Shown here: in pieces, positions 62,897-64,000 of the stretch
How the letters are laid out: each line of letters begins with the position of its first letter
Position numbering within the stretch: position 1 is the first letter of the stretch
Assembly (NCBI GenBank): GCA_951406725.2
Contig: OX597830.1
Location: 49,972,001 to 50,036,000, forward strand
Length of the DNA: 64,000 nucleotides
Direction of reading: 5' to 3'
DNA from: Octopus vulgaris
Lineage: Eukaryota
Translations under genes and position numbers: made by a program
Notes under the pieces: generated by a model
The model's input: only the letters and a program-made list of their open reading frames with translations
What the model was told of the DNA's origin: nothing
Database searches by the model: none

Positions 62897-63202
62897 ACGT
62901 GATCACGTGACCTACCAGGTTATCAGATGTTGCTACACATCGCTGGTCACAATGCGCTTCGCATTGTTTTAACCATCAGAGGACGCCACCCCGCTGGCTA
63001 AGCGAACAGGCCAACAGAAGAAAGAGTGAGAGAAAGTTGTGGCGAAAGAGTACAGCAGGGATCACCACCAACCCCTGCTGGAGCCTTGTGGAGCTTTAGG
63101 TGTTTTTTGTTCAATAAACACTCACAACACCCGGTCTGGGAATCGAAACAGCAATCCTACAACCGCGAGTTCGCTGCCCTAACCACTGGACCATTGCGCC
63201 TC

Positions 63203-63203
<1 letters not shown>
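62897..63203 (-). mobile_element. SINE family B (tail 1)
   Basis: Reverse complement of 16721-17018. Confidence 0.87.
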
Positions 63204-63234
<31 letters not shown>

Positions 63235-63519
63235 TATGCATATATATATGAATATGGTTTAAAATGATATAGAAGGCAAAGACAAGTAGGGGAACAACAA
63301 ACAGGATATATTAATTTGGCAGAAAAGGAAGTCTTTGGCGTTTATGCTCTTCCACAGAAAGGAACAAGGGGAGAAAACAGATAGAGAAAGGAAGAAATGG
63401 GGGCAAAAATGTATGTGTGTGTGTATGTGTGTTTATATATATGTATATATATTTAAGCATGTGTACATACATACATATGCATATGTGTGTGTGTATATAT
63501 ATATATCTATCAGTCTATC

Positions 63520-63561
<42 letters not shown>

Positions 63562-63673
63562 TATATACTATGTGTGTGTATCTGTGTATGTATGTGTGTG
63601 TGTCCGTGTGTACAGATACAGTCACTCTTTATTTAGTCAAAATCAATAACAAAAAAAAACTATAAATTCTTAC

Positions 63674-63737
63674 AATTTGTTATGACCCCACCAATTGGGT
63701 CACCTTTGAAATCAAATTCTATGTCCATATATTTCCC
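63674..63737 (-). CDS. MYO1B: Myosin I exon (64 nt): [21 protein letters not shown]
   Basis: ttttcag acceptor, gtaaga donor; phase 0 to 1; follows switch I. Confidence 0.95.
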
Positions 63738-64000
63738 CTGAAAAATAAAAGCAACAACATTAACACCAAGAACATTTACAGAAGCACAGAAGACAGCCAC
63801 ATGTTGATGGAATGCAATAAAGGTGACATGTTATTGTGAATGAAGTAAATAGCTTCTCAAAACATGTTTTCTTTTTTTTTTTGCTTGGGTAGCAACAGAT
63901 ATTCCTTATTTGCTTACCCTTAGAAAGTAAGAAAAATGGCTAACATTTCCTTCAAACTTTGCTTTTGTTACATTTATTCAAACCCCAAAGAATCCCCTTT

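Larger units (their letters stand above)
18099..63737 (-). other. MYO1B: Gene span (5'-partial): unconventional myosin class I, MYO1A/MYO1B-like; 25 coding exons in window
   Basis: Spliced translation gives [45 protein letters not shown] (switch II), [57 protein letters not shown] motifs and a TH1 tail (KVNRANGK, KKGDFIF); no SH3. All introns GT-AG with matching phases. Subclass assigned from recalled similarity to vertebrate MYO1B. Confidence 0.93.

Noticed and set aside
63912-63925. Donor-like gtaagc suggesting one more myosin exon
   Set aside because: Upstream sequence does not encode the expected switch I (NxNSSRF), so that exon lies outside the window.

Overview
Eukaryotic, AT-rich genomic DNA dense in microsatellites and retroposons. 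The SINE/LINE content looks like a coleoid cephalopod, probably Octopus (inference from pattern recognition, no search run). The one gene I can support is a short-tailed class I myosin (MYO1A/B-like) on the minus strand. I assembled 25 GT-AG exons by hand, 63737 down to TGA at 18099-18101: 2742 nt, 913 codons plus stop, all splice phases consistent. They encode most of the motor, about 4 IQ-type motifs and the TH1/PH tail; the 5' end lies beyond the window. The ORF track misses most of these exons and is otherwise mostly microsatellite noise. The rest is tRNA-derived SINEs, RTE, CR1-like and Penelope-like fragments, Tc1/mariner relics, hAT, piggyBac-like and Merlin-like MITEs, a non-autonomous Helitron, minisatellites and foldbacks. 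Best leads: (1) several hammerhead-ribozyme motifs in short Penelope-type repeats; (2) two conserved Arg positions encoded as CAG (Gln), including the PH-domain lipid-binding signature, which A-to-I editing could restore; (3) an obligatory 14-nt micro-exon; (4) a LINE inserted at a splice acceptor, duplicating the AG; (5) modular SINE shuffling. I see no firm evidence of a wholly new biological system; these leads are hypotheses.
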